NCBI GenBank assembly: GCA_045807245.1
Contig: JBJMHS010000032.1
Coordinates: forward strand, 1-64,000
Reading direction: 5' to 3'
DNA length: 64,000 nt
Source: Actinomycetales bacterium
GTDB taxonomy: Bacteria > Actinomycetota > Actinomycetes > Actinomycetales > CAVURS01
A program made the position numbers and the translations under genes. Every line of letters starts with the position of its first letter. Within the stretch, counting starts at the first letter, position 1. Below, piece by piece: positions 14,177-24,309 of this stretch. The notes under the pieces are model-generated. The model made no database searches. It worked only from the letters and a program-made list of their open reading frames with translations, and was not told where the DNA came from.

Positions 14177-16147
14177 TCAGCGGGCTGCGGGCAGGTCGCT
14201 GGCGATCCGGTACTGGTCGCGTCCCCCGTGCTTCGCGGCGTACAACGCGTCGTCCGCCGCGCGGACCAGGTCGCCGCTGGCGATGCCGTTGATGGGCAGC
14301 GACGCGACGCCGACCGACACCGTGACAGCGACGGCGTCGTCGCCCACGATGAAGTCGCTCTCGCGGACCACCTCGCAGACCCGGTCGGCCAGGCTGGCGG
14401 CGCCCTCGGCATCGGTCTCAGGGCAGATCACCACGAACTCCTCGCCGCCGTACCGGGCAACCGTGTCCACCTCGCGGACCGCCTCGTGCAACCGCCGGGC
14501 CAGCTCGCGCAGCACCGCGTCGCCGACCGTGTGGCCGAAGGTGTCGTTGACCCGCTTGAAATGGTCCAGGTCGAGCAGCAGCAACGCGAGCGGCCGCTCG
14601 AACCGGGTCGCGCGCTCGACCTCGCGGGCCAGGGTCGTCGTCATGTGCCGCAGGTTGCCGGCGCCGGTCAACGGGTCGGTGACCGAGAGCCGCTGTGCCT
14701 CCCGGTGCAGCAGGACGTTGTCGACGGCGATGCCGGCCGGACCGGCCAGCGACACCAGCGTCTCCTCGTCCTCGTCGTCGTACTCGGGGGCGCTGAGGTC
14801 ACGCTCGACGACCAGGACGCCGACAGTCGACGTGCCGCGCTTGAGCGGAGCGGCCATCGCGGCACCACCCAGGGACGTGCTGGCGTCCTCGCCTCCTCCC
14901 GCCGTTCGACGGGAGCGACCGTCGCCGGCGACCTCACCGGCGAGCGCCGTACCGATCGGGAGCCGAGGGACCGGGCCGCGCGTCGTCGTCAACGGGTACG
15001 GGACGCGCGCGACCACCGAGTTGCCCTCGACCAGCCATGCCGTCGCCCGGGTCGACTGGGTCGCGTCGACGGCGGCGGCCAGCACCGTCGTGAGCAGCCC
15101 GTCCAGGTCGTGGGTGCGCTGCAGCGCGTCGCCGAGCCGGTGCACGTTCTCCCGCAGCAGGTCGCGCGAACGCGACAGCGCGGTCATCTGGCTCTCGAGC
15201 TCGGAGGTCATCCGGTTGAACGACCCGGACAACCGGCCCAGCTCGTCGCGGCCGACGACCGGCAGCCGGATCGCCAGGTCGCCGTCGGCGACCCGCTCGG
15301 CAGCGTCGGTCAGTGCGAGCACCGGGTCGGTGATGGTCCGGGCCAGCCAGACGACCAGACCGATGCCGATGAGGACCGCGACGAGCACGAGCAGGAGCAG
15401 GCCGTTCTGCACGTTGGCCAGCCCGCTCAGAGCCGTCGCAGCCGCGAACGCGCACGGCTGACCGCTCGGCACCGTCGGTGCGACGGCGACGACGTACGGG
15501 CCGAAGCGGTCCTGGTTGCCGGTCCGGGCCGCGGCGATGAGCTTGTCGCGGTTGGAGCCCTTCATGGTCGAGTCGTTGCCGCCGCCCGGGCAGGAGATCG
15601 CGACCTGCACCGTGTCGCGCAAGCCGATCCGCTCGCGCAGTGCCGTCAGCTGGGCGGCGTTGAGGACCACACCGACGACAGCGGTGGCGGAGGCCTGACC
15701 GGCAATCGCCGGGACGCCGACCGTCTCGCCGAGCACCGGCAGCTGACCCGACAGGACGCGGCCGGCGGCACACGACAGGCGGCTCAGGGCGTTCGCGGAG
15801 ATCGGCGTCCCGCTGGCGTCGGTCGGCATGACGCCGCCCTGCGCGACGATCGCGCCGTTGCGCACGACGGCGACGAAGCTGCCCGGCCGGCGCTTGTGCG
15901 CGTCCTGCACAGCCATGTCGACATCACCGGCCCGCACGTCGAGCCCCAGGGCGGTCGCCCCGTCACCCAGTCCACGGCAGATCTCGGTCTCGATCGAGCC
16001 GAGGCTGGTGGCGGCCTGGGTGACCAGGTCGCGCGCGCCCTGGTACTGCTGGTGGGGCGCGATCAGACCGGCGATGGCACCAGCGACCAGGACCGGCAGC
16101 AGCATGACCGCGGCGAGGATCCCGGACAGCCTGGTCCGTACAGACAC
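14177..16147 (-). CDS. Membrane diguanylate cyclase (HAMP-GAF-GGDEF)
   Basis: Two TM segments, HAMP (DELGRL...FNRM), GAF, DPLTG, DLDHFK, RxxD I-site and RYGGEEF. Confidence 0.92.
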   Translation of the reverse strand: MSVRTRLSGILAAVMLLPVLVAGAIAGLIAPHQQYQGARDLVTQAATSLGSIETEICRGLGDGATALGLDVRAGDVDMAVQDAHKRRPGSFVAVVRNGAIVAQGGVMPTDASGTPISANALSRLSCAAGRVLSGQLPVLGETVGVPAIAGQASATAVVGVVLNAAQLTALRERIGLRDTVQVAISCPGGGNDSTMKGSNRDKLIAAARTGNQDRFGPYVVAVAPTVPSGQPCAFAAATALSGLANVQNGLLLLVLVAVLIGIGLVVWLARTITDPVLALTDAAERVADGDLAIRLPVVGRDELGRLSGSFNRMTSELESQMTALSRSRDLLRENVHRLGDALQRTHDLDGLLTTVLAAAVDATQSTRATAWLVEGNSVVARVPYPLTTTRGPVPRLPIGTALAGEVAGDGRSRRTAGGGEDASTSLGGAAMAAPLKRGTSTVGVLVVERDLSAPEYDDEDEETLVSLAGPAGIAVDNVLLHREAQRLSVTDPLTGAGNLRHMTTTLAREVERATRFERPLALLLLDLDHFKRVNDTFGHTVGDAVLRELARRLHEAVREVDTVARYGGEEFVVICPETDAEGAASLADRVCEVVRESDFIVGDDAVAVTVSVGVASLPINGIASGDLVRAADDALYAAKHGGRDQYRIASDLPAAR

Positions 16148-16243
16148 CGGCGCGCCCTCCTCTCAGGCCGGGGCCACGGCCCGGAGACTCCGCTTGGCAC
16201 TACGCGCTGCACAGATGCTGTCATGAATGGGTCACCATGTGAT

Positions 16244-16822
16244 GTGACCACGACGGCGCGCCCGGACAAGGCAGAGCTGCGCCGGCAGGCGCTGGCCCGG
16301 CGTGCGACGGCGGATCTGAGCACAGGCGCGGCCCTGCGGGACGCCGTACTCGCCCTGCCCGAGCTATCGACCGCTACCTGTGTCACGGCGTATGTCGCCC
16401 GAATGGCCGAACCGGACACCGCCCCGCTGATCGACGAGCTGCACCGGCGCGGGACCCGGGTCCTGCTGCCGGTGCTCTTGCCGGACCTCGACCTGGACTG
16501 GGCGCCCGACGACGGCGAGCGGCACCGCTCGAGCGTGCACCGCGGCCTGACCGAACCGACGGGTACGCCGCTCGGCCGGGACGCGATCGCGGAGGCCGAC
16601 GTGGTCCTCGCGCCCGCGTTGGCGGTGGACCGCAGCGGCGTGCGCCTGGGGTACGGCGGTGGGTGCTACGACCGGGCGCTGACCCGGATCCGGCCGGGCA
16701 CGCTGGTGGTCGCCCTGCTGCACGAGGGCGAGCTGCGCGACGAGCCCCTGCCGGCCGAGGACCACGACCGCCGGGTCGACGCTGTCGCTCTGCCCTCGGG
16801 TGTCGTGCGGATCGCGCCCTGA
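16244..16822 (+). CDS. 5-formyltetrahydrofolate cyclo-ligase
   Basis: KAELRR, EPDT, PALAVD..G.RLGYGGGCYDR, HDRRVD; alternative start at 16223. Confidence 0.92.
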   Translation: MTTTARPDKAELRRQALARRATADLSTGAALRDAVLALPELSTATCVTAYVARMAEPDTAPLIDELHRRGTRVLLPVLLPDLDLDWAPDDGERHRSSVHRGLTEPTGTPLGRDAIAEADVVLAPALAVDRSGVRLGYGGGCYDRALTRIRPGTLVVALLHEGELRDEPLPAEDHDRRVDAVALPSGVVRIAP

Positions 16823-16869
16823 GCCGAGCGGCCCGAACCGAACCCTGGGGCGCGCGGCGGTCCGGGCAC

Positions 16870-17712
16870 TCAGTCCGCTGGACCGAGCTCGCGCAGGTGG
16901 ACCATCGTGCCGGACTCGGTGCTCCTGACCTCGGCCAGGTCGGGCAGGCTGCGCAGGAACTGCGTGAACGTCCGGTGCCCGTACTCCGCCTCGTCGAACG
17001 ACGGCTGGAGGCGCAGCATCAGGTTCTTCAAGGTGCCCGCGGGGATCCACTCGGAGGCGGTCTTGCCGTGGGCCAGCCGGGCCGCCCGGACCAGTAGCGC
17101 GGACGCATCGGCGGCATTGTGGCCGGGGGTCCCGTCGCCGGAGGGCGCCTGCTCCTCGTCACTGGTCACCGTCAGCAGGTTCCCGTAGTAGCGGAACTCG
17201 TCGCAGGCCAGCTCCCAGTACTTCCCCACCGAACGCGCGGCACCGACCCCGATCACCTCGCGCCCGAGGCGGCGGCACCGCTGCGCCAACGAGATGTAGT
17301 CGGAGTCGCCGGCAACGACGAGCACGTGGGTGAGGTGCAGGTACCGGGAGATGTCGTCGATGACGTCGATGGCCAGCCGGATGTCTGCGCCGTTCTTGGA
17401 GTTGGTCAGCGGGAACATCTGCACCAGGTCGATGGACGCGCGCATGAGGTCTTCGTGGTACGAGCCGTTGATCGGGATGGACCAGTCGGCATAGGCGCGG
17501 CTGATGGCCACCGTGCCGAAGGACGCCGCGTAGTCCATCACCGCTTTGAGGTCGAGATGCGCCTCGGCCAGGCGGCGCCGTACCTGCGGATCGGGCGGCA
17601 GGTCACGAGCTCGGTCCTTCTTGAACGAACCGCCACCGTGGAGCTCGTCGTACCGCGAGATCACGATGTTGTCGAAGTCGAAGTACACGGCAACCTGCGG
17701 ATCGTCGGGCAT
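16870..17712 (-). CDS. NYN (LabA/DUF88, PIN-like) domain protein with C-terminal OST-HTH/LOTUS
   Basis: VYFDFDN, RAYADW, KNGADIRLAID, GDSDY, PSFDEAEYGHRTF. Confidence 0.88.
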   Translation of the reverse strand: MPDDPQVAVYFDFDNIVISRYDELHGGGSFKKDRARDLPPDPQVRRRLAEAHLDLKAVMDYAASFGTVAISRAYADWSIPINGSYHEDLMRASIDLVQMFPLTNSKNGADIRLAIDVIDDISRYLHLTHVLVVAGDSDYISLAQRCRRLGREVIGVGAARSVGKYWELACDEFRYYGNLLTVTSDEEQAPSGDGTPGHNAADASALLVRAARLAHGKTASEWIPAGTLKNLMLRLQPSFDEAEYGHRTFTQFLRSLPDLAEVRSTESGTMVHLRELGPAD

Positions 17713-17720
17713 GAGCACCT

Positions 17721-20273
17721 CTAGGGATGAAGGGTCAGGACATTGGCCGTCGCCCGACGGATGGCTCCGGCCGAGAAGGGCCAGGTGTAGGTGCGCCCCT
17801 CCGCCCAGGCATCCGACTGGTCGACGTAGTGCTTGCTGTACGCGTGCCCTGACGCGCCCGTCAGGTTCACCCAGGTCGAATGGTCCAGGTCGGAAAGGTC
17901 GACCACCATGCGCATCGACGGCACCCAGTCGACCTTGTACCCGTCGTACGCCGTCCAGCCGGTCGCGTCGACCAGGCCGTTGCCTCCGGCGAGCGACCAG
18001 GGGCCGCGGTTGAAGACCGACTGGACGATCCCGGGAGTCGTGCCGCCGCCGAGGACCGGATTGCGCAGGGTCAGCTGGTGCAGCTGGCCCCACTGCCACT
18101 TGGTGGGGTCCTTGCCCAAGCTCTTGGTGAGCTCGGCCCGCGCATCGACCAAGGCCTCGCGCAGGATCTCGTCCCGTCCCTCGATCACACCGGGCGTGCC
18201 CTTGTCGTCCCACCAGGCGTTGCTCGGGTCCTTCAGCAGGATGTCCACCACGGAGTACCAGCGGTCCCCGCCGTCGGCCTGCCGGTCACCGGACAGCTCG
18301 TCGTCGAAGGTCAGGCGCAGCAGGTTGGCCCAGACCGCGTTGTAGTACGCCGCGGGTGCCGACTTCGCGCCGGAGGAGAAGTCCCAGTCCCGCAGCAGGT
18401 CCTGGGCCTGGCGGGTGAAGCGGTCCTTGCGCAGGCTGATCCGGACCAGGTACGGCACGAGCGTCGACGCGAACGGGTCACGTTCGTCCATCTGCACCGA
18501 CCGCATCGTCGCGGGGCTGATCTTCGGCCCGCGTTCGAGCAGGTGGCGGATCCGCTGCGCCCGGTAGCCGTAGTCCCAGTCCCCAGTGAGGTACGGCTCG
18601 ACCCGGTCGTCGACGGCCTGGTTCGCCGCGACGATGAACCCCTCCGGCGGGTCGTACGTCGACGGCATCTGGCTGAACGGGACATACCCCTTCCAGTCGT
18701 ACTTGCTATTCCAGCCCTGGGCCGGCCACTCGCCCGGGTTGGCGCCGGGTGTCGAGGAGGCCCGGACCGGGATCTGGCCCGGGGCCTGGTAGCCGATGTT
18801 GCCACTCGTGTCCGCGTAGATCATGTTCTGCGCAGGCACGTCGAAAAGCTTTGCTGCCGAACGGAACTCGTCCCAGTCCTGCGCCGCGTCGAGCGCGAAC
18901 AACGCGTCTGCCGTTCGCCCCGGGGTCAGCGCAGTCCACTCGAGCGCGACGTCGTAGTCGTTCGGATCGCGCCGCCCGTCGACCAGCGCGCCCCGCCCGG
19001 CTCGCAGCGCCTCGTCGAGCACGTCGCTGATGATCGGCCCGTGCACGGTGCTGCGGACCGTGATGGTCACGTCCTTCGCCCCCGCGACCTTGATCGTCTC
19101 CTGACTCGTCGTCATCGGGACGTATTGGCCGTCCCGCTCGTACGTGTCACCCAGCACGCGCTCGAGGTAGAGGTCGGTCACGTCAGCGGGCAGGTTCGTG
19201 AAGCCCCACGCGACCTTGTTGTTGTGGCCGATCACGACACCGGGCAGGCCGGCGAACGTGAAGCCCGCGACGTCGAACGGGCAGGCCGGCCCGAGCTGCC
19301 GGCAGTGCAGCCCCATCTGGTACCAGATGCCGGGGATGGATGGTGCGAGGTGCGGGTCGTTGGCCAGCAACGGTCGGCCGGTCGTCGTGTGCGCGCCGTC
19401 CACGACCCACGAGTTGGATCCGATGCCGTCGCCTTGACCGAGCAGCCGCGGTACGGCGTCCAGCGCCAGGCCCGCGGCGCGCAGCGCGTCCCGCTCGCCG
19501 GCGATGTACCGGGGCGCCGTCCGCGCGCCGGTGTTCGAGCTGTTGCCGGTCGCGCCGCTCAGGTCCGCGTCGGAGAGGATCGGCAGGTTCTTGCGGTACG
19601 GGTACGTCGGGTAGAGCTCGTCGATGCGCGGCTCGGGGATCGACTGGGCCAGCTCGGCCCGCGCTGCCTCGTCGCCGTAGTTGGCCTTGAGGTCCCACGC
19701 CATCGCCTTCAGCCACGACAGCGAGTCGACCGGCGTCCACGGCTCGATCCGGTAGTTCGACACCACGTGTCCGAGCACGACGTACTCCAGGCTGACCTGC
19801 CCCTTCGACCGGCCCTTGAGGTAGGCGTTCACGCCGTCCGCGTAGTCCTGCAGGTACCTCTGGGTCTCCGGCGACAACAGCGGCAGCTCCTGCTCGGCGA
19901 CCCGCCGCCAGCCCAGCGTGCGGACCACCTTGTCCGCCTCGAGGGCGTCCGCGTCCACCCCGACCAGCTCGGACAGGCGGCCCGCGGTGACGTGACGCCG
20001 GAAGTCCATCTCGAAGAACCTGTCCTGCGCCTGCACGAAGCCCTGGGCGCGGAACAGGTCGTCGGCGGTGTCGGCGTACACCTGCGGCACACCCTGGTCG
20101 TCCCGCATAACGCTGACCTTGCCGCTGAGCCCCGGGAGCGACGCCGAGCCGCTGACCTGCGCAAACGGCTGCCGCACGACGTGCACGACGTAGGTCAGGC
20201 CGACAACCAGCGCGATCACAACCAGGACGGCCACGCCCAGCGAGATCCTGCGGACCAGGCGCATGCGGGACAC
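17721..20273 (-). CDS. Penicillin acylase family (Ntn hydrolase)
   Basis: AQGFVQAQDRFFEMD, GSNSW nucleophile, LANDPHL; N-terminal TM anchor. Confidence 0.93.
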   Translation of the reverse strand: MSRMRLVRRISLGVAVLVVIALVVGLTYVVHVVRQPFAQVSGSASLPGLSGKVSVMRDDQGVPQVYADTADDLFRAQGFVQAQDRFFEMDFRRHVTAGRLSELVGVDADALEADKVVRTLGWRRVAEQELPLLSPETQRYLQDYADGVNAYLKGRSKGQVSLEYVVLGHVVSNYRIEPWTPVDSLSWLKAMAWDLKANYGDEAARAELAQSIPEPRIDELYPTYPYRKNLPILSDADLSGATGNSSNTGARTAPRYIAGERDALRAAGLALDAVPRLLGQGDGIGSNSWVVDGAHTTTGRPLLANDPHLAPSIPGIWYQMGLHCRQLGPACPFDVAGFTFAGLPGVVIGHNNKVAWGFTNLPADVTDLYLERVLGDTYERDGQYVPMTTSQETIKVAGAKDVTITVRSTVHGPIISDVLDEALRAGRGALVDGRRDPNDYDVALEWTALTPGRTADALFALDAAQDWDEFRSAAKLFDVPAQNMIYADTSGNIGYQAPGQIPVRASSTPGANPGEWPAQGWNSKYDWKGYVPFSQMPSTYDPPEGFIVAANQAVDDRVEPYLTGDWDYGYRAQRIRHLLERGPKISPATMRSVQMDERDPFASTLVPYLVRISLRKDRFTRQAQDLLRDWDFSSGAKSAPAAYYNAVWANLLRLTFDDELSGDRQADGGDRWYSVVDILLKDPSNAWWDDKGTPGVIEGRDEILREALVDARAELTKSLGKDPTKWQWGQLHQLTLRNPVLGGGTTPGIVQSVFNRGPWSLAGGNGLVDATGWTAYDGYKVDWVPSMRMVVDLSDLDHSTWVNLTGASGHAYSKHYVDQSDAWAEGRTYTWPFSAGAIRRATANVLTLHP

Positions 20274-20341
20274 GCTGGGAGACTAGGACACAGACCTGCC
20301 CGACGATCCGAAGCTCAGCCCGAACGCCGAGGAGGCCCGCC

Positions 20342-21877
20342 GTGTCCGACGTCGCCTCCGCCCTGCCGCTCATGCCTGCGGTGACCGGGTTCGGCGTGGA
20401 CCAGCTCAACCTCTCGCTGCTGCTCGGCGGCGCGGTGCTGCTGGTCGCGGTGCTCGCCGTCCGGCTGTCCGAGCGGTCCGGGCTGCCGACGCTGCTGCTG
20501 TATCTCGGGTTGGGCGTGGCGGTGGGCGAGGCCGGCCTCGGCGTCCGGTTCGACGACGCCGAGCTCACGCAGGTGCTCGGCTACGTCGCGCTGATCGTGA
20601 TCCTGGCGGAGGGCGGGCTCACGACGAACTGGTCGACCATCCGCCCGGCGATCGGGCCGGCGGCCGCTCTGGCCACGGTCGGTGTCGCCGTCTCGGTCGC
20701 GATCGTGGGCATCGCGGCGTACCTGCTGCTCGACGTCTCCTGGCCGGTCGCGTTGCTCGTCGGCGCCGTGCTCACGCCGACCGACGCCGCCGCCGTGTTC
20801 TCCGTGCTGCGGCGGGTCCGCCTGCCGCGCCGGCTGTCCGGCACCCTCGAGGCCGAGTCCGGCTTCAACGACGCGCCGGTCGTCATTCTGGTCGTCGCGC
20901 TGTCCGACCAGGCCGCGGGCACCGGCTCGCACCCCTGGTGGAGCCTGCTGCTCCTCGCGGCCGGAGAGCTCGCCGTCGGTGCGGCGCTGGGGTTGGCGAC
21001 CGGCTGGGCCGGCGCTCAGCTGCTGCGACGCATCTCGATCCCCTCGTCTGGCCTCTTCTCCCTGTCCGTCGTCGGGCTGACGGTGCTCGCCTACGCCGCG
21101 GCCGCCGTACTGCACAGCTCCGGCTTCCTCGCCGTGTACGTCGCGGGGCTGGTCCTCGGCAACAGTCGCCTTCCGCACCGGTCGGCCGTGCGCGGCTTCG
21201 CCGAAGGTCTGGGCTGGCTGGCGCACATCGGGCTGTTCGTCCTGCTCGGGCTGCTGGCGGCACCGAGCCGGCTGAGCGACCAGCTGTGGCCGGCCCTCGC
21301 GCTCGGGGTGGTCCTCGTGCTGGTCGCCCGCCCCCTGTCCGTCATCGCGTCGGTCGCGCCGATGGGGATGTCCTGGCGAGCCCAGGCCTTCCTGTCCTGG
21401 GCCGGCCTGCGCGGGGCGGTGCCCGTCGTCCTGGCGACCGTCCCGCTCACCATGGGCGTGCCGGGCATCCGCTGGCTGTTCGACCTCGTGTTCGTCCTCG
21501 TCGTCGTCTTCACGCTGGTCCAGGCCCCCACCTTGCCGTGGCTGGCCCGGCGGCTGCGGCTCGAGCAGGGCGTCAGCACTCGTGACGTCGACGTCGAGTC
21601 CTCACCGCTCGGCGACCTCGGCGCCGACGTGCTGCAGGTGCACATCGGCGGCGGCTCTCGGCTGAACGGCGTCGAGGTGTTCGAGCTGCGGCTGCCTCGC
21701 GGCTCCAACGTGACGCTGGTCGTGCGCGACGGTGAGGGCTTCGTCCCCTCGCCCGCCACGGTGCTCCGTCGCGGCGACGCGTTGCTCGTGGTGACGACGG
21801 CTCGGGCCCGCCCGGCCACCGAACGGCGGATCCGTGCGGTCTCCCGCCGCGGGCGGCTGGCCGGCTGGGGCGACTGA
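20342..21877 (+). CDS. K+/H+ antiporter (CvrA/NhaP2) with TrkA-C domain; exact start uncertain
   Basis: TDAAAVFS, ESGFNDAP, WAGLRGAVP; many TM helices. Confidence 0.9.
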   Translation: MSDVASALPLMPAVTGFGVDQLNLSLLLGGAVLLVAVLAVRLSERSGLPTLLLYLGLGVAVGEAGLGVRFDDAELTQVLGYVALIVILAEGGLTTNWSTIRPAIGPAAALATVGVAVSVAIVGIAAYLLLDVSWPVALLVGAVLTPTDAAAVFSVLRRVRLPRRLSGTLEAESGFNDAPVVILVVALSDQAAGTGSHPWWSLLLLAAGELAVGAALGLATGWAGAQLLRRISIPSSGLFSLSVVGLTVLAYAAAAVLHSSGFLAVYVAGLVLGNSRLPHRSAVRGFAEGLGWLAHIGLFVLLGLLAAPSRLSDQLWPALALGVVLVLVARPLSVIASVAPMGMSWRAQAFLSWAGLRGAVPVVLATVPLTMGVPGIRWLFDLVFVLVVVFTLVQAPTLPWLARRLRLEQGVSTRDVDVESSPLGDLGADVLQVHIGGGSRLNGVEVFELRLPRGSNVTLVVRDGEGFVPSPATVLRRGDALLVVTTARARPATERRIRAVSRRGRLAGWGD

Positions 21878-21897
21878 CGCCTGGTCCGGCGCGCCGC

Positions 21898-22860
21898 TCA
21901 TCCGCCCGTGGGCCGACGACGCTGCAGCAAGCCCTGGCCAAGGGCGATCCCGGCGACGACGAGCACCGCGCCGAGCGGCTCGTTCCAGGACAGCGACTCG
22001 TCCAGCACGACGACCCCGAGGAGCACGCCGACGACCGGCGTCAGATAGGTCACGGTCGACGCGGCCGTCGCGCCGAGGCCCATGACGACGTTGACGTTCA
22101 CCCAGAACGCCACGCCCGTCCCAGCGACCCCGAGCGCGAGCATCGACCAGACGACCGGCCAGCTCATCGAGACCGGGTCGGCGGCGACGAACGGCGCCAG
22201 CACCGCGAACACCAGCGCAGCCAGCCCGACCTGCAACAACGCCACAGCGATCGGGTCGAGGCGGCGCGGGAGGACGAACCGTCGCAGGTACACAAAGGCG
22301 AACGCGTAGCAGGTGGTCGCACCGAGGCAGGCCAGCTCGCCCAGGAGGCTGCCGCCCCCGACGCCGCGCCAAGGGGCCATCACCAGCAGCACTCCGCCGA
22401 ACCCCATGGCCAGACCCAGCAGCTTGGTCGCCGTGGGCCGCTCCTGGGGCAGGAAGATCGACGCGACGAGCATCGTCAGCAACGGCGTCGTCGCGTTGAA
22501 GATGCTGGCCAGACCGGACGAGATGTGCGTCTCGCCGTACGCGAACAACGTGAACGGCGCGACGCAGAGGAGCATGGCGACGACCAGCATGTGCGCGTAG
22601 ACCACGAGCTCGCGCGGCAGTCCGCGGCGCCCGAGGAGCGCGATCACGACGAGGGCGACCGCGCCCAGCCAGATCCGCCCGGCCGCGACCTGCGCCACCG
22701 ACAGACCGCGCAGCCCGACCTTGATGAACAGGAAGCTCGAGCCCCACACGAGCGCCAGGAAGCCGAACTGCGCGTACACCGAACGGCCGGCGCGCGTCGC
22801 ACCGGGAGCGTCAGCCGGGCGGCCGATCGGGCGGTCGGGCCGGGTCCGCAGAGGGGTCAT
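21898..22860 (-). CDS. DMT/EamA family transporter
   Basis: LALVWGSSFLFIK, SSGLASIFNATTP, STVTYLTPVV; about 10 TM helices. Confidence 0.88.
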   Translation of the reverse strand: MTPLRTRPDRPIGRPADAPGATRAGRSVYAQFGFLALVWGSSFLFIKVGLRGLSVAQVAAGRIWLGAVALVVIALLGRRGLPRELVVYAHMLVVAMLLCVAPFTLFAYGETHISSGLASIFNATTPLLTMLVASIFLPQERPTATKLLGLAMGFGGVLLVMAPWRGVGGGSLLGELACLGATTCYAFAFVYLRRFVLPRRLDPIAVALLQVGLAALVFAVLAPFVAADPVSMSWPVVWSMLALGVAGTGVAFWVNVNVVMGLGATAASTVTYLTPVVGVLLGVVVLDESLSWNEPLGAVLVVAGIALGQGLLQRRRPTGG

Positions 22861-22898
22861 AGGGATGGAACGTACGTCGCGTGGTGTTAGTGAGTGCA

Positions 22899-22904
22899 TA
22901 CAAT
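22899..22904 (+). promoter_or_regulatory. Probable -10 box for fmdB
   Basis: TACAAT about 50 nt upstream of the fmdB start. Confidence 0.4.
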
Positions 22905-22951
22905 TTCCCGGGCCTGGGCGTTCAGCCGGGGAGAGCAGTGGAGGAGCTGAA

Positions 22952-23314
22952 GTGCCGACGTACGCCTATGCCTGCACCGAGTGCGGGCACCGGTTCGAAG
23001 AGGTGCAGTCGTTCACCGACGACGCCCTGACCGACTGTCCCGTGTGCGAGGGACGCCTGCGCAAGGTGTTCTCGAACGTCGGCATCGTCTTCAAGGGCTC
23101 CGGCTTCTATCGCAACGACTCGCGCTCGGACGCCAAGAGCAACGGCTCCGACAAGGGCGGCAAGGCCGCCGACAAGGGGGACAAGGGCGCCGACAAGCCC
23201 GCCGAGCAGGGGGCCAAGGGCTCCGACAAGTCCCCCGACAAGGGCGCCACGAAGAGCGCCGAGAAGGCCGGCGCGAGCAGCTCGTCGGACTCCACGTCCG
23301 GTTCCGCCGCCTGA
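22952..23314 (+). CDS. FmdB family zinc-ribbon protein (Rv0991c-like)
   Basis: PTYAYACTECGH...CPVCEG...FKGSGFYRND with low-complexity tail; RBS GGAGGAG. Confidence 0.93.
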   Translation: MPTYAYACTECGHRFEEVQSFTDDALTDCPVCEGRLRKVFSNVGIVFKGSGFYRNDSRSDAKSNGSDKGGKAADKGDKGADKPAEQGAKGSDKSPDKGATKSAEKAGASSSSDSTSGSAA

Positions 23315-23320
23315 CCTGGC

Positions 23321-24226
23321 TCAGGCGGCCTGCGCCACCCGCGCTCGCACCGCGTCGATCACCGCGCGGGTCGCGGGCCAGTCCTGCGCTCCCTCCCGGA
23401 CCACGCTCCACATCCGCTGCTGCGCGCTGACGAAGTCGAGCGGCACCGTCCGCAGCCGCCGGGCCTCGGCCGCCTCGGACGAGATGAGACAGACGCCGTG
23501 CCGAGCCAACACGAGGTCGACGACGAGGTCGAGGCTGTCGGCTCGGTGCCGCACCCGCGGCTCCCAGCCGGCGAGCGCGACCACGCGTCGTACCAGCTCG
23601 TCGTCGAGCGAGTCCCGAGAGTTGCCGATCCAGTCGGTGTCGCGCAGCTGGGCCAGATCCTCGGGTGACCGGATCGCCTCTGGCACAACAAGATCCGGAT
23701 GTACGCCGAGCACCATGTCGCAGGTCGAGATCAGCGTGCACACGCCCCGGCCACCCCGCGGCACGAGGGTGTAGTCGTACTCGAAGCCCAGGTCGACCAG
23801 GTCGTCGTCGAGCATCCCGTCGGTCTCCGTCGGCTCCCGCTCCTGAATCTCCAGCTGCAGCCGCGGGTACGCCCGGGCCAGGTCGTCGAGCACCGGCAGC
23901 AGGTACTGGCGCAGCGCCGTCGTGTAGCCCGCGACCCGGACCACCCCGCTCGGCTCGGCATCCGCGGACAGGTCGAGCTCGGCCGCCGTGACCGCAGCCA
24001 GGATCTGCTCGGCGTGGACCACCAGCCGCCGGCCGGCTGGAGTGAGCCGCACGCCCCGGCCGGCGGCCTCCAGCAGAGGGACCTTGGCCTGACGCTCCAG
24101 GGCCGCGAGCTGCTGGCTGACCGCGCTCGTGCCGTAGCCGAGCGAACCGGCGACGGACGACATGGTCCCGCGCCGGGAGAGCTCGACCAGGGTGCGGAGC
24201 TTGTCCAGGTCCATGAACCGGTCCAT
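23321..24226 (-). CDS. LysR family regulator
   Basis: HTH SAVSQQLAALER...GRGVRLTPAG; divergent from an EamA gene. Confidence 0.92.
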   Translation of the reverse strand: MDRFMDLDKLRTLVELSRRGTMSSVAGSLGYGTSAVSQQLAALERQAKVPLLEAAGRGVRLTPAGRRLVVHAEQILAAVTAAELDLSADAEPSGVVRVAGYTTALRQYLLPVLDDLARAYPRLQLEIQEREPTETDGMLDDDLVDLGFEYDYTLVPRGGRGVCTLISTCDMVLGVHPDLVVPEAIRSPEDLAQLRDTDWIGNSRDSLDDELVRRVVALAGWEPRVRHRADSLDLVVDLVLARHGVCLISSEAAEARRLRTVPLDFVSAQQRMWSVVREGAQDWPATRAVIDAVRARVAQAA

Positions 24227-24309
24227 GCCCCGATCATGCAGCATCTCCGGACAGTGTCACCACAAATACGCGCTGGACGCGGACAGTTGACGTCGGGTGC
24301 ACTGGACCC

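Noticed and set aside
13889..16243. 977-aa + strand ORF, and other long antisense ORFs such as 17880-20384, 29404-31707, 33930-36068 and 38709-40670
   Set aside because: Shadow frames of real genes caused by high-GC codon bias; only 16244-16822 of the 977-aa ORF has family motifs.
22870..22900. CIRCE/HrcA site upstream of fmdB (known for Rv0991c)
   Set aside because: Only a GAGTGC half-site; no GCACTC arm at the required spacing.
23130..23310. Repeated CCGACAAGGG units
   Set aside because: They encode the ADKG/SDKG low-complexity tail of FmdB; irregular spacing and no cas genes.
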